64,000 bases of DNA from Peptococcaceae bacterium (GTDB taxonomy: Bacteria; Bacillota; Peptococcia; DRI-13; PHAD01), in NCBI GenBank assembly GCA_024655825.1, contig JANLFJ010000008.1, positions 8,185 to 72,184 of the forward strand. Reading direction: 5' to 3'. Below are positions 17,552 through 26,475 of this stretch, in pieces (the stretch's first letter is position 1; each line of letters begins with the position of its first letter). The position numbers and the translations under genes are program-made. The notes under the pieces are model-generated. The model was not told the origin of the DNA. It searched no databases and saw nothing but the letters and a program-made list of their open reading frames with translations.

Positions 17552-18315
17552 TGACTGTCAACAAAAAAAGTCTTCCGTTATCCAGAGTTGTTTACATCGT
17601 GCCGGCAGGCCTGCTGATCTTAGCCTGGGAGGCGCTGGCGTCCTGGAAGGGCAGCCCTTTGTTTCCGCCTTTTTCCGCGGTTGCCCGGCAGTTTTACACG
17701 CTCCTTGTAACCCAGGGGTCCCTGTGGACGCATATTACAGCCAGCCTGTTCAGGGTGACGGCCGGATTTGTGCTGGGGAGCGCGGCAGGTTTGCTGGCGG
17801 GCGTGCTCATAGGATGGAACAGGCTGGCCGCCGGTTCCCTGGGGCCCCTGGTCAGCATTTTTTATCCCATACCGGCCCTGGGATGGCTTCCCCTGCTCAT
17901 GCTCTGGGTTGGTCTCAATGAAGCCCTGCCCGTCCTGATCGTCTTTATATGCTGTTTTTTCCCGGTGCTCTACAATACGGCATCGGGCATCAGGAACGTG
18001 GATGCCAGGCATATCAGGGCGGCGAGGACGCTGGGAGCCTCTGAACTGCAAATACTCCGCAGCGTGGTGCTGCCTTTGGCCCTTCCCAGCATTTTTACCG
18101 GTCTCAAACTCGAAGCGGGCATGGCCTGGCGCGTAATCATCGCGGCAGAGATGGTAGCCGTTCCCACGGGGATTGGCGTTTTAATGATGAAAGCGGAAAG
18201 CCTGATCCGCGTGGATACCATCATGGTCTGCCTGGCGGTTTTATCCCTGATGTGTTTTTCTTTTGAAAAAATGATCCGGTATTTTGAAAAGAGGTTTACC
18301 TGTTACTGGAGGTAA
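17551..18315 (+). CDS. ABC transporter permease (SsuC/TauC-type, BPD_transp_1)
   Basis: Six hydrophobic helices and an EAA-like loop (RAARTLGASELQILRSVVLP). The ATG overlaps the upstream TAA. Confidence 0.85.
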   Translation: MTVNKKSLPLSRVVYIVPAGLLILAWEALASWKGSPLFPPFSAVARQFYTLLVTQGSLWTHITASLFRVTAGFVLGSAAGLLAGVLIGWNRLAAGSLGPLVSIFYPIPALGWLPLLMLWVGLNEALPVLIVFICCFFPVLYNTASGIRNVDARHIRAARTLGASELQILRSVVLPLALPSIFTGLKLEAGMAWRVIIAAEMVAVPTGIGVLMMKAESLIRVDTIMVCLAVLSLMCFSFEKMIRYFEKRFTCYWR

Positions 18316-18319
18316 GGCC

Positions 18320-19003
18320 GTGACTTTTATCGAGCTCAAGGAAATAACCAATTCATACTGCCTTGACAGGGTTAATTTAAAAATACCGGACGGGGAATTG
18401 CTGGTGCTGATGGGACCGACGGGTTCCGGAAAAACCACCCTGTTAAATGTTATCGCCGGGCTGGAAGACTACCGGGGAACGGTCCTGTTTGACGGCCTGC
18501 CGGTGGATGGAACTGCGCCCGGCCGGAGAAATATCGGGTACCTTTTTCAGGATAACAACCTCTTTCCGCACATGGATGTGTATTCCAATATAGCCTTCGG
18601 TTTGAAGGTGCGGGGGACGGGCAGCGTGGAGATCGCGGAAAAAGTTGAAGAATTAATGGGCATGTTTAATCTTGCTGGCCTGCGTTCCCGTTTTCCCGGC
18701 AGCTTAAGCGGGGGTGAGAGGCAGCGGGTTGCCCTGGCCAGGGCTTTGGCCATTGCCCCGGATGTTTTGCTGCTTGATGAGCCAACCAACAGTTTGGATT
18801 ACCGCACTTCCAAGCGCCTGAGGGCTGAATTCAGGATGTGGCAAAAAAGGCTGGGTATAACTACCGTCTACGTTACCCATGATTACTGCGAGGCGGTGGA
18901 AATGGCAGACAGGATGGCTGTTATGGAGCGTGGTAAAATCGTGCGAACCGGCCGGCCTGAAGAGTTTCGCTTTTTTTCTGAGGAAATGGAGGGTATGCCG
19001 TGA
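18320..19003 (+). CDS. ABC transporter ATP-binding protein
   Basis: Walker A GPTGSGKTT, signature LSGGERQR, Walker B LLLDEP. GTG start after GGAGG. Confidence 0.9.
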   Translation: MTFIELKEITNSYCLDRVNLKIPDGELLVLMGPTGSGKTTLLNVIAGLEDYRGTVLFDGLPVDGTAPGRRNIGYLFQDNNLFPHMDVYSNIAFGLKVRGTGSVEIAEKVEELMGMFNLAGLRSRFPGSLSGGERQRVALARALAIAPDVLLLDEPTNSLDYRTSKRLRAEFRMWQKRLGITTVYVTHDYCEAVEMADRMAVMERGKIVRTGRPEEFRFFSEEMEGMP

Positions 19004-19758
19004 ACCTGACTGAAGCCCTTGGGCTGGAAGAAAACAGCTTCCTGACGTGCGTGGGGGCCGGCGGGAAAACTTCTCTGTTAATGACCCTGGGAACCGAGTG
19101 GCAAAAAGAGGGGAGACCTTTTCTCCTTACGGCGACCACCAAAATGTTTTGCTGGCAGGTGCTCGACTTTTACCCGGTTTTTTGCCGGGACTATGAACGG
19201 GGCAGCCGGCAGGTCCGCAAGTTCATGTCAAAACACGGCTGCGCCGCCTGGTTTAGGGCCTGGCGGGAAACAAAGGTGGATGGGCTGCCCCCGGAGTGGA
19301 TCGATGAGCTTATTCGCACGGGCTTTGCGGCTAATGTGCTGGTGGAAGGGGACGGGGCCAGGAAAAAGCTGCTGAAGGTCCCGGCGCCTCACGAGCCGGT
19401 GATCCCGTCCGCATCAAACCTGGTGGCCGGCGTTTTAAGCCTTAAAGCCGTCGGGGAAGAATTCTCTTCACGCTTTGTCCACAGGCTGGAGATTGCGGCG
19501 GAACTGCTGGGGAAAAAGCCTGGAGAGAGGATAGAAGCCGCTGACCTGGCGACACTGGCGGCACACCCACAGGGGATTTTTAAAGGGGCCGGCCAGAAAA
19601 AAGTGCTTGTGCTGGCAGGCAGGGACGGCGAAAACGGCAGCCAGGCCGAAATAATAGCCGAACAATTGAACAGCAGCCCGGCACATATAGCGGCGTGCGT
19701 CGTTACGGAAGGTTACGGGAAACTGATGAAGCCCGTGGAGGTATACTCTTATGAGTAA
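19000..19758 (+). CDS. yqeC: YqeC-family selenium-dependent hydroxylase accessory protein
   Basis: P-loop-like CVGAGGKTSLL near the N-terminus. Size and context fit the YqeC family. The start overlaps the upstream stop. Confidence 0.65.
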   Translation: MNLTEALGLEENSFLTCVGAGGKTSLLMTLGTEWQKEGRPFLLTATTKMFCWQVLDFYPVFCRDYERGSRQVRKFMSKHGCAAWFRAWRETKVDGLPPEWIDELIRTGFAANVLVEGDGARKKLLKVPAPHEPVIPSASNLVAGVLSLKAVGEEFSSRFVHRLEIAAELLGKKPGERIEAADLATLAAHPQGIFKGAGQKKVLVLAGRDGENGSQAEIIAEQLNSSPAHIAACVVTEGYGKLMKPVEVYSYE

Positions 19759-20359
19759 CGGCCTGGGCGTTGTAGTGCTGGCTGCCGGGAAAGCCGCGCG
19801 CATGGGTGGACCCAAGCTTCTCCTGGAACTGGGAGACGACACGCTGCTCGGCCATGTCCTGAAAACCGCCGCCTGTTTTGACTGGAGCGGGCGGGTTGTC
19901 GTTACTGGCGAGCCGCGCGGGCCGCTGGAAGAAGTGTGCAAAAAATACGGTTTCCCTTTTGTCCATAATCCCGACCCCGGGGCGGGCCAGAGCAGCTCGC
20001 TGCGCCTCGGCCTCTCCCGCCTGCCCGCCGGCCTGGACGGCGTCCTTTTTCTCCTGGGAGACCAGCCCCTGGTGGGTGTCGACCTGGTGGAGGCGATGAT
20101 CAGGGAGTTCGGCAGGTCCGGGAAAGAAGAAGGGATCGTTGTTCCCTTTCACGGCGGGGAGGCCCGCAGTCCCGTCCTGTTCGCTTCGCGCTGGCGGGAG
20201 GCCTTGTCCCGGCTGGAAGGGGACCGGGGCGGCCGCCAGCTGATTAAAGAGAATCCCCGGGCGGTGATTTCTTTGCCTTGGAATGATTCCCGCCCTTTTT
20301 TGGATATCGACCGGTGGGAAGACTATGAAAAAGTCCTGAGGGAGTGGTTGAAAACATGA
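19751..20359 (+). CDS. mocA: MobA/MocA-like molybdenum cofactor nucleotidyltransferase
   Basis: VVLAAGKAARMGGPKLL and the GDQP motif, as in the NTP_transf_3 family. Confidence 0.75.
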   Translation: MSNGLGVVVLAAGKAARMGGPKLLLELGDDTLLGHVLKTAACFDWSGRVVVTGEPRGPLEEVCKKYGFPFVHNPDPGAGQSSSLRLGLSRLPAGLDGVLFLLGDQPLVGVDLVEAMIREFGRSGKEEGIVVPFHGGEARSPVLFASRWREALSRLEGDRGGRQLIKENPRAVISLPWNDSRPFLDIDRWEDYEKVLREWLKT

Positions 20360-21177
20360 TTATTTACGAGAAAATCCTGGAACTGCTTTCAGGAGGCGAA
20401 ACGTTCGCCCTGGCCCAGGTCGTCACCCGGGAAGGCTCGGCTCCCCGGGGAGCGGGGGCGAAAATGCTGATAAAAAAAGACGGTTCCATATTTGGCACGG
20501 TAGGAGGGGGGGACCTGGAGGCGATGGTGGTCAACGAGGCCCTGGACAGCCTGGACAAGCAAGAGAACAAGTTCAGGGAATACAACCTTGATCAAACCGC
20601 AAGCGGCAATCTGAACATGCAGTGCGGCGGCCGGGTAGGCGTTTTTATCGAGGTCGTTTCCCCGCCTCCCCACCTGGTGATTGCCGGGGCCGGGCACGTG
20701 GGGATGGCCCTGGCCAGGATGGCCTCGGAACTGCAGTGGCGGATCGAAATAGCGGACGACAGGGCGGAGCTGCTTGAACCGGCCTTGCTCCCGCCCGGGG
20801 CGAAAGGAGTTTGGGGGAAAACGTACGTGGAGGCCGTCCGGAAAACGGCAATCTCCGGCAGCAGCCTGGTGGTCATTGTGACCCGCAATGCGGATGCGGA
20901 AGTCCTGGAAGAGGTGATCCGGCGGCCGGCCCGCTACCTGGGCATGATCGGGAGCAGGCGCAAGATCGGGTTAATCAGGAAAAAGTTGGAGGAAAAAGGT
21001 GTGTCGGAGGAACTGCTTAACCGCGTGCACGCCCCGATTGGTCTTGACATCGGGGCGGAAACGCCGGCCGAAGTGGCTGTCAGCATCCTGGCGGAACTGG
21101 TGGCGGTGGTAAGAGGCGGCAATCCGGAAAAAGCGGGAAGCCTCAGCAAGAAGGATGGCAGCCCTGGCGGCGATTGA
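20356..21177 (+). CDS. xdhC: XdhC/CoxI-family molybdenum hydroxylase maturation factor
   Basis: XdhC_CoxI N-domain (ALAQVVTREGSAPRGAGAKM) plus the Rossmann C-domain (VIAGAGHVG). ATGA overlap with mocA. Confidence 0.8.
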   Translation: MIIYEKILELLSGGETFALAQVVTREGSAPRGAGAKMLIKKDGSIFGTVGGGDLEAMVVNEALDSLDKQENKFREYNLDQTASGNLNMQCGGRVGVFIEVVSPPPHLVIAGAGHVGMALARMASELQWRIEIADDRAELLEPALLPPGAKGVWGKTYVEAVRKTAISGSSLVVIVTRNADAEVLEEVIRRPARYLGMIGSRRKIGLIRKKLEEKGVSEELLNRVHAPIGLDIGAETPAEVAVSILAELVAVVRGGNPEKAGSLSKKDGSPGGD

Positions 21178-21199
21178 ATGAAAACAGGAAGGCAAGGGG

Positions 21200-22015
21200 A
21201 TGACTTTAATGAAAAGCAGCGGGCTCGTGGTGGTGAGGGGCGGCGGGGACATCGCCACGGGGATAATCCACCGCCTTTACCGGTCCGGTTTTAAGGTCGC
21301 TGCGTTGGAGACGGCGCAACCGACCGTCATCAGGCGGACTGTGGCCGTTGCGCAGTGCGTATTCTGCGGGGAGACAGAGGTTGAAGGGCTGAAGGCCAGG
21401 CTGGCCGCTTCACCGGAGGAGGCTCTCGAGATGGCGGGAAAGGGGCTGGTCCCGGTGCTGGTCGACCCGGAGGCCAGGTTCCTGGAAGCACTGCGGCCGG
21501 CGGTGGTGGTGGACGCGATTTTAGCCAAAAAGAATATGGGGACGTCTCTTGATATGGCCCCAATCGTTGTCGGGGTGGGGCCGGGATTTACGGCGCGCCG
21601 GGACGTGCACGCCGTTGTTGAAACGCAGAGGGGCCATTACCTGGGGAAAGTCTATTACGAGGGGAGCGCCATTCCTGACACGGGGATACCCGGTAAGATT
21701 GAAGGCGTGGATAAAGAAAGGGTTGTGCGTTCTCCCGCCGATGGCCTGTTTTTCCCGGCGAGGGAAATCGGCGAGCGGGTGAAACGCGGTGAAACGCTGG
21801 GCAGCGTGAACGGGGTGGAAGTCAAGTCACCGCTTGAGGGAATCCTGCGGGGCCTCATCAACAAGGGGGTTGAGGTTAAAAAAGGCATGAAAATAGGAGA
21901 TGTCGACCCGCGCCAGGTACGGGAACACTGTTTTTCCATCTCCGACAAGGCCAGGGCGGTGGGCGGCGGGGTGTTGGAAGCGATATTACATTTCAGCAGG
22001 GAGGACGCAAAGTGA
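21200..22015 (+). CDS. yqeB: YqeB/EF2563-family selenium-dependent molybdenum hydroxylase system protein
   Basis: VVVRGGGDIATGIIHRLYRSGF... recalls the YqeB family. Context is yqeC/xdhC/mocA. Confidence 0.6.
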   Translation: MTLMKSSGLVVVRGGGDIATGIIHRLYRSGFKVAALETAQPTVIRRTVAVAQCVFCGETEVEGLKARLAASPEEALEMAGKGLVPVLVDPEARFLEALRPAVVVDAILAKKNMGTSLDMAPIVVGVGPGFTARRDVHAVVETQRGHYLGKVYYEGSAIPDTGIPGKIEGVDKERVVRSPADGLFFPAREIGERVKRGETLGSVNGVEVKSPLEGILRGLINKGVEVKKGMKIGDVDPRQVREHCFSISDKARAVGGGVLEAILHFSREDAK

Positions 22016-23040
22016 ACGGAATGCGCAAGGTCAGGATTGAAGAAGCGGTGGGGATGGTCCTGGCCCATGACGTTACCAGGATAGTGCCGGGGGAATTCAA
22101 GGGCCCGGCTTTCAGAAAAGGGCATGTCATCCGGGCTGAAGACATCGGCGCTTTTTTGGACCTGGGCAAGGAGCATGTCTATGCCTGGGAGGCCAGGCCA
22201 GGGTGGCTCCATGAGGACGAGGCGGCCGCGGCCATCGCCAGGGCGGTTGCCGGGGAAGGGCTGCGCTTTACGGAACCAAAGGAAGGGAAAATAACCTTTT
22301 TGGCCGGCTGTGCGGGATTAATAAAGGTTGACGTGGAGAGGCTGGAACTCATCAACACAATCGACCAGGTTGTCCTGTCCACCCTGCACAACAACAGGCC
22401 GGCAAAGGAGGGCGAAAAAGTTGCCGCAACCCGCGTGGTCCCGCTGGTGATCGAAGAAGGAAGGGTCAGGGAAGTCGAGAGAATTGCCAAAAGCGGGCCA
22501 ATCATTTTCCTCAAGCCCCTGAAGCCCGCCAGGGTCGGGATCGTGACCACGGGGAACGAGGTATACAAGGGGAGGATCAAAGACGGCTTCGGGCCGGCCT
22601 TGCAGAAAAAAATGCTCCATTACGGCTGCGAAATAACCGGCCAGGAAATCGTTCCGGACGAGCCGGCCTTGATTAAACAGGCAATCATGGGGATGAGAAA
22701 CAGAGGGGCCGAAATAATCCTGGTAACAGGCGGGATGTCGGTTGACCCCGACGACGTCACGCCCTTGAGCATCAGGGAACTGGGAGCGGAACTGGTCACT
22801 TACGGCTCGCCGGTTTTGCCCGGAGCCATGTTTCTCCTGTCTTACTGGAACGGGATACCGGTCCTGGGTCTGCCGGGATGCGTCATGTACGCCAGCCAGA
22901 CCGTCTTTGACCTGGTCTTCCCCCGCCTCCTGGCCGGAGAGAAGCTCAGCAAGCGCGACATCGCCCGCCTGGGACACGGCGGCCTTTGCCTGGACTGCGA
23001 GGATTGCCGCTATCCCGCCTGCAGTTTTGGCAAGGCTTAA
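22012..23040 (+). CDS. MoeA/MoCF-biosynthesis-domain molybdopterin-binding protein with a C-terminal Cys cluster
   Basis: MoCF_biosynth-like core (ILVTGGMSVDPDD) and the C-terminal CLDCEDCRYPAC. The start overlaps the yqeB stop. Confidence 0.6.
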   Translation: MNGMRKVRIEEAVGMVLAHDVTRIVPGEFKGPAFRKGHVIRAEDIGAFLDLGKEHVYAWEARPGWLHEDEAAAAIARAVAGEGLRFTEPKEGKITFLAGCAGLIKVDVERLELINTIDQVVLSTLHNNRPAKEGEKVAATRVVPLVIEEGRVREVERIAKSGPIIFLKPLKPARVGIVTTGNEVYKGRIKDGFGPALQKKMLHYGCEITGQEIVPDEPALIKQAIMGMRNRGAEIILVTGGMSVDPDDVTPLSIRELGAELVTYGSPVLPGAMFLLSYWNGIPVLGLPGCVMYASQTVFDLVFPRLLAGEKLSKRDIARLGHGGLCLDCEDCRYPACSFGKA

Positions 23041-23180
23041 AATGGGCAATCAAAAAACGAGAGCCCGCCGGCCGGAAAAAATTTTTCCGGTTTCCCGGCA
23101 AGGCCGCAGGATGTGACGGAAACACACCGAACATTATTAATAAAAGCGGGGGGCAGCCCCTTAAACGGTGGTACCAGGTC

Positions 23181-25010
23181 ATGGCTGAACTAAGAGAATA
23201 TAACGAAATGTCGCAAAAAATAGCAGAGGCGATCGAGGCCGTGCTCAAACTTGATGTAACAATCATGGATCAAGAAATGCGGCGCATTGCCGGCACGAAG
23301 TTCTACAGCAGCCGCCTGCACGAAAAGATAGAAAAGAACACCATTTTTGATTACTGTTTTAAAAACGGGAAACCTTATGTCATCGAGCAGCCCCGCGCCA
23401 ATGAGATTTGTTTTGCCTGCCCGCGACTGGCGACTTGCGCTGAAAAGGCCGAAATCTGCGTGCCGATAAAGTATAAAAGCGCGGTCATCGGCGTAATTGC
23501 TATCGTCGCTTCCACGGAAGAACAAAGAACAAAGGTGGTAGCGAACAAGGAAACATACCTGGAGTTTTTGCAAAAAATGGCATCGTTTCTGGAAGCAAAG
23601 TATGCCGAAATTCAAATCACGAAAGAGAATACACTGCTGAACCAGCGCCTTTCCAATATCGTCAATACCCTTGATGAAGGGCTTGTGGTTTTCAAAAAAA
23701 ACGGGGAAGTTCTATACCATAACGAAGCCATGAAGGACCTGGCCCGGGAGGCGGGCGCCGCTGACGGCGGGATTTTCTTAAAAGACCTCTGGCAGTGCCT
23801 CAACAGCAAAAAAATGTTGAAGCCGGAAACGGAAATTGGGCCTAATGAAATAATCCTGGAGTACAATAATGAACGTATTGTCCTGCTGGCCAACGTCATT
23901 TTAAGCGGGGACGAATACTTGCCGGAAATAATTGTTACCTTGCAGAACCTGAGAAAAATTCAAAAGAGAGTTATTCAGTCGGCGGAGAAAAACCAGGTCA
24001 AGGTTCAGTTTTCCGACATTATAGGCATCTCGCCGAAACTGGCTGAAGTAAAGCAAATTGCCGCCAAAGCCGCCGCTTCCGATTCCGATGTCTTGATTTG
24101 CGGCGAGAGCGGCACGGGCAAAGAATTATTCGCCAGGGCCATTCACAACCAGAGCTCGAGGAGAGACTATCCTTTTGTACCTATTAACTGTGGGGCCATA
24201 CCCGATGAACTGCTGGAAAGCGAGCTGTTCGGCTACGAAAAAGGGGCTTTTACCGGCGCTTATACCACGAAATACGGAAAATTTGAGGTGGCCGATAACG
24301 GGACAGTCTTTCTTGATGAAATAAGCGAAATGCCCTTTGGCCTGCAGGTTAAACTCCTGCGCGTCCTGCAGGAAAGGGAAGTGTGCCGGGTGGGAAGCAA
24401 CAGCATCAGGAAAGTAAACCTGAGGATAATTGCCGCCACCAACACCGATTTGCTTGAACGCATCAGCAAGGGCTTGTTCCGCGAGGATCTCTATTACCGG
24501 TTGAACATCATCCCGCTTAATATACCGCCTTTAAGGGAAAGGAAAGAAGATATTCTTTATATTGCCGAGCATTTACTTGGGAATTTTAATAAAAAACTGA
24601 ATAAAAACATAACCGGCATATCCCGGGAGGCCATGAAAATATTTCTTGAATATCCCTGGCCGGGAAACGTGCGAGAACTGCAAAACGTTCTCGAGTATGC
24701 CGTCAACTTTGAAACAGGCACAATCATAAGCAGGGAATGCGTTGAAAACAGGATATACTGCTCCCTGGAGAGAGACGAGGTTTCCCCGCCTTCGGCCAGG
24801 GAACGGGGAATAACGCTGGAGGCTTATTTGGAGAAAGCGGAAAAGAAATTCTGGCAAAACATCATGGCGCATTACCGGCACGACAGGAGGGGTATTGAAA
24901 GAATCTGCCGCGACCTCAAAATCAGCAGGGCTACTTTTTACAGGAAGATAAAAAGGCTTAAAATCAGTCTCAAAGATGAGAATGTCTCAGAAATGAGACA
25001 ATATAAATAA
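23181..25010 (+). CDS. Sigma-54-dependent transcriptional activator (GAF-like/PAS sensory region, AAA+, Fis HTH)
   Basis: Walker A GESGTGKE, sigma-54 contact loop ESELFGYEKGAFTGA, Walker B VFLDEI, and a C-terminal HTH ISRATFYRK. Start set at MAELREY. Confidence 0.9.
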   Translation: MAELREYNEMSQKIAEAIEAVLKLDVTIMDQEMRRIAGTKFYSSRLHEKIEKNTIFDYCFKNGKPYVIEQPRANEICFACPRLATCAEKAEICVPIKYKSAVIGVIAIVASTEEQRTKVVANKETYLEFLQKMASFLEAKYAEIQITKENTLLNQRLSNIVNTLDEGLVVFKKNGEVLYHNEAMKDLAREAGAADGGIFLKDLWQCLNSKKMLKPETEIGPNEIILEYNNERIVLLANVILSGDEYLPEIIVTLQNLRKIQKRVIQSAEKNQVKVQFSDIIGISPKLAEVKQIAAKAAASDSDVLICGESGTGKELFARAIHNQSSRRDYPFVPINCGAIPDELLESELFGYEKGAFTGAYTTKYGKFEVADNGTVFLDEISEMPFGLQVKLLRVLQEREVCRVGSNSIRKVNLRIIAATNTDLLERISKGLFREDLYYRLNIIPLNIPPLRERKEDILYIAEHLLGNFNKKLNKNITGISREAMKIFLEYPWPGNVRELQNVLEYAVNFETGTIISRECVENRIYCSLERDEVSPPSARERGITLEAYLEKAEKKFWQNIMAHYRHDRRGIERICRDLKISRATFYRKIKRLKISLKDENVSEMRQYK

Positions 25011-25062
25011 AACATGGCCATGACGGGCGCCGGCGCCCGCAGCGCCGTCTCAAAACTGATAC
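24967..25062 (+). promoter_or_regulatory. Three GTCTCA-N4-TGAGAC-like palindromes (candidate enhancer/UAS sites)
   Basis: GTCTCAaagaTGAGAa at 24967, GTCTCAgaaaTGAGAC at 24984, and GTCTCAaaacTGAtAC at 25047. All lie upstream of the -24/-12 promoter. Confidence 0.4.
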
Positions 25063-25115
25063 AACACCTGCCGTATAAAAAGCGTGCCCGCCCGGCAAAA
25101 CCGGCTTCCTCCTTC

Positions 25116-25131
25116 GGGCATGATATTTGCA
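25116..25131 (+). promoter_or_regulatory. Sigma-54 (-24/-12) promoter
   Basis: GGGCATgatatTTGCAT aligns base for base with TGGCAC-N5-TTGCW (GG and GC correctly spaced). It lies about 50 nt before the aminotransferase ATG. Confidence 0.6.
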
Positions 25132-25182
25132 TAAATTATAGAGATGAGGAAAACCAATAATTTATGCAAGGGGGTAGGTTTT

Positions 25183-26433
25183 ATGAGCGGTTTTTCCATG
25201 GCGGCGTCCCATGCGGCGGGGAAAGGCGAAGTAGACGCCGTTTTCGGCGTCCTCCGGCTGGCCAACGAAGCCCTGGCCAGGCACGGCAAGGAAAAGGTGA
25301 TTAACGCTTCGGTTGGCTCGATCTTTGACGATGAGGAAAAATTTGCCGCGCTTCCCGCCGTAGACGATTATTTGCGCAAGATGCCGGCGGAGGAGTTGAT
25401 GAATTATGCGCCAATCGCCGGGCTGCCCGGTTTCCTGGAGGCGGCCGTAGAGCAGGCTTTCCAGGGCAAAAAACCAAAAAACACCTTCATCAGGGCAGTG
25501 GCCACGCCCGGCGGCACCGGAGCGGTCCGCAACGTTTTTTACAATTACTCCGAGCAGGGGCAAAAAATCCTGGTTCCAGACTGGTTCTGGGGTCCATACC
25601 GGACAATTATCCATGAACACCTGCGGGTAATGGAAAATTATCCAATGTTTGACGAGAACAACAATTTCCACATATCCGCTGTAAAAAACAAGTCCCTGGA
25701 ACTCCTGCAGTCCCAGGACAGCCTGGTGGTGGTCTTCAACACGCCGGGGCACAATCCTACCGGCTACAGCATGAAACACGAGGAATGGACGGAGCTGCTG
25801 GACTTTTACAAGAACTGTGCCGAAAACAGGAAGAAAAAAATAACAATCCTGGTTGACCTGGCCTACATTGATTTTGTCGGGAGCGCTGAAACAACAAGGG
25901 ATTTTATGATCCTGTTTGAGGGACTGCCGGAGAACATTCTCATAACCATGGCCTACAGCATGTCCAAGTCCTTCCTCCTGTACGGAATGCGTTCCGGGGC
26001 TGTTATCGGCGTCAGTTCCTCGGAGGAAGTTGCCGAAGAGTTTTTCAGGATAAACTCTTTTTCCAACAGGGGGGTATGGTCCAACGGCACGAGGGGAGCC
26101 CAGCGGCTGCTGGCCGAAGTCGGCAAAAACCCGGAACTGAAGGCCAGGTGTGATGAAGAAAGACGGGTTTACACGGAAATGCTCTTAAAGCGCGCCGCCT
26201 TGTTCCTTAAGGAGGCCAAAGAGGTAGGCCTTAAGACGCTGCCGTATCACGGGGGGTTCTTTATCACCGTGCCGGCGCAGGACCCGCAAGCGGCAACAGA
26301 AAAGCTTGCCCAGGACAATATCTTTGCAGTCCCGTTGAAAAAAGGCATCCGTTTCGCCATTTGTTCGATTGCTCTCTCCAAGATACCGGGGCTGGCGGCG
26401 AAAACAAAAGAAGCCCTTTCCTCAAAATACTAG
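25183..26433 (+). CDS. Class I aspartate/aromatic amino-acid aminotransferase
   Basis: GHNPTGY and PLP-lysine motif SMSKSFLLYGMRSG. Start at the ATG after AGGGGG; the track's 25144 start would precede the predicted transcription start site. Confidence 0.85.
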   Translation: MSGFSMAASHAAGKGEVDAVFGVLRLANEALARHGKEKVINASVGSIFDDEEKFAALPAVDDYLRKMPAEELMNYAPIAGLPGFLEAAVEQAFQGKKPKNTFIRAVATPGGTGAVRNVFYNYSEQGQKILVPDWFWGPYRTIIHEHLRVMENYPMFDENNNFHISAVKNKSLELLQSQDSLVVVFNTPGHNPTGYSMKHEEWTELLDFYKNCAENRKKKITILVDLAYIDFVGSAETTRDFMILFEGLPENILITMAYSMSKSFLLYGMRSGAVIGVSSSEEVAEEFFRINSFSNRGVWSNGTRGAQRLLAEVGKNPELKARCDEERRVYTEMLLKRAALFLKEAKEVGLKTLPYHGGFFITVPAQDPQAATEKLAQDNIFAVPLKKGIRFAICSIALSKIPGLAAKTKEALSSKY

Positions 26434-26475
26434 GCTGCCAGCATTGAATATCAATTGATTAAGGGAGGCTGGTTT

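Noticed and set aside
22986-23180. 65-codon N-terminal extension of the sigma-54 activator ORF; similar upstream extensions at 13829, 13162, 12641, 25144, 32540, 57149, 58776, 59917 and 50086
   Set aside because: The extensions overlap the preceding gene or promoter, lack an RBS and contain junk-like sequence. Internal starts have Shine-Dalgarno sequences and give family-typical N-termini.
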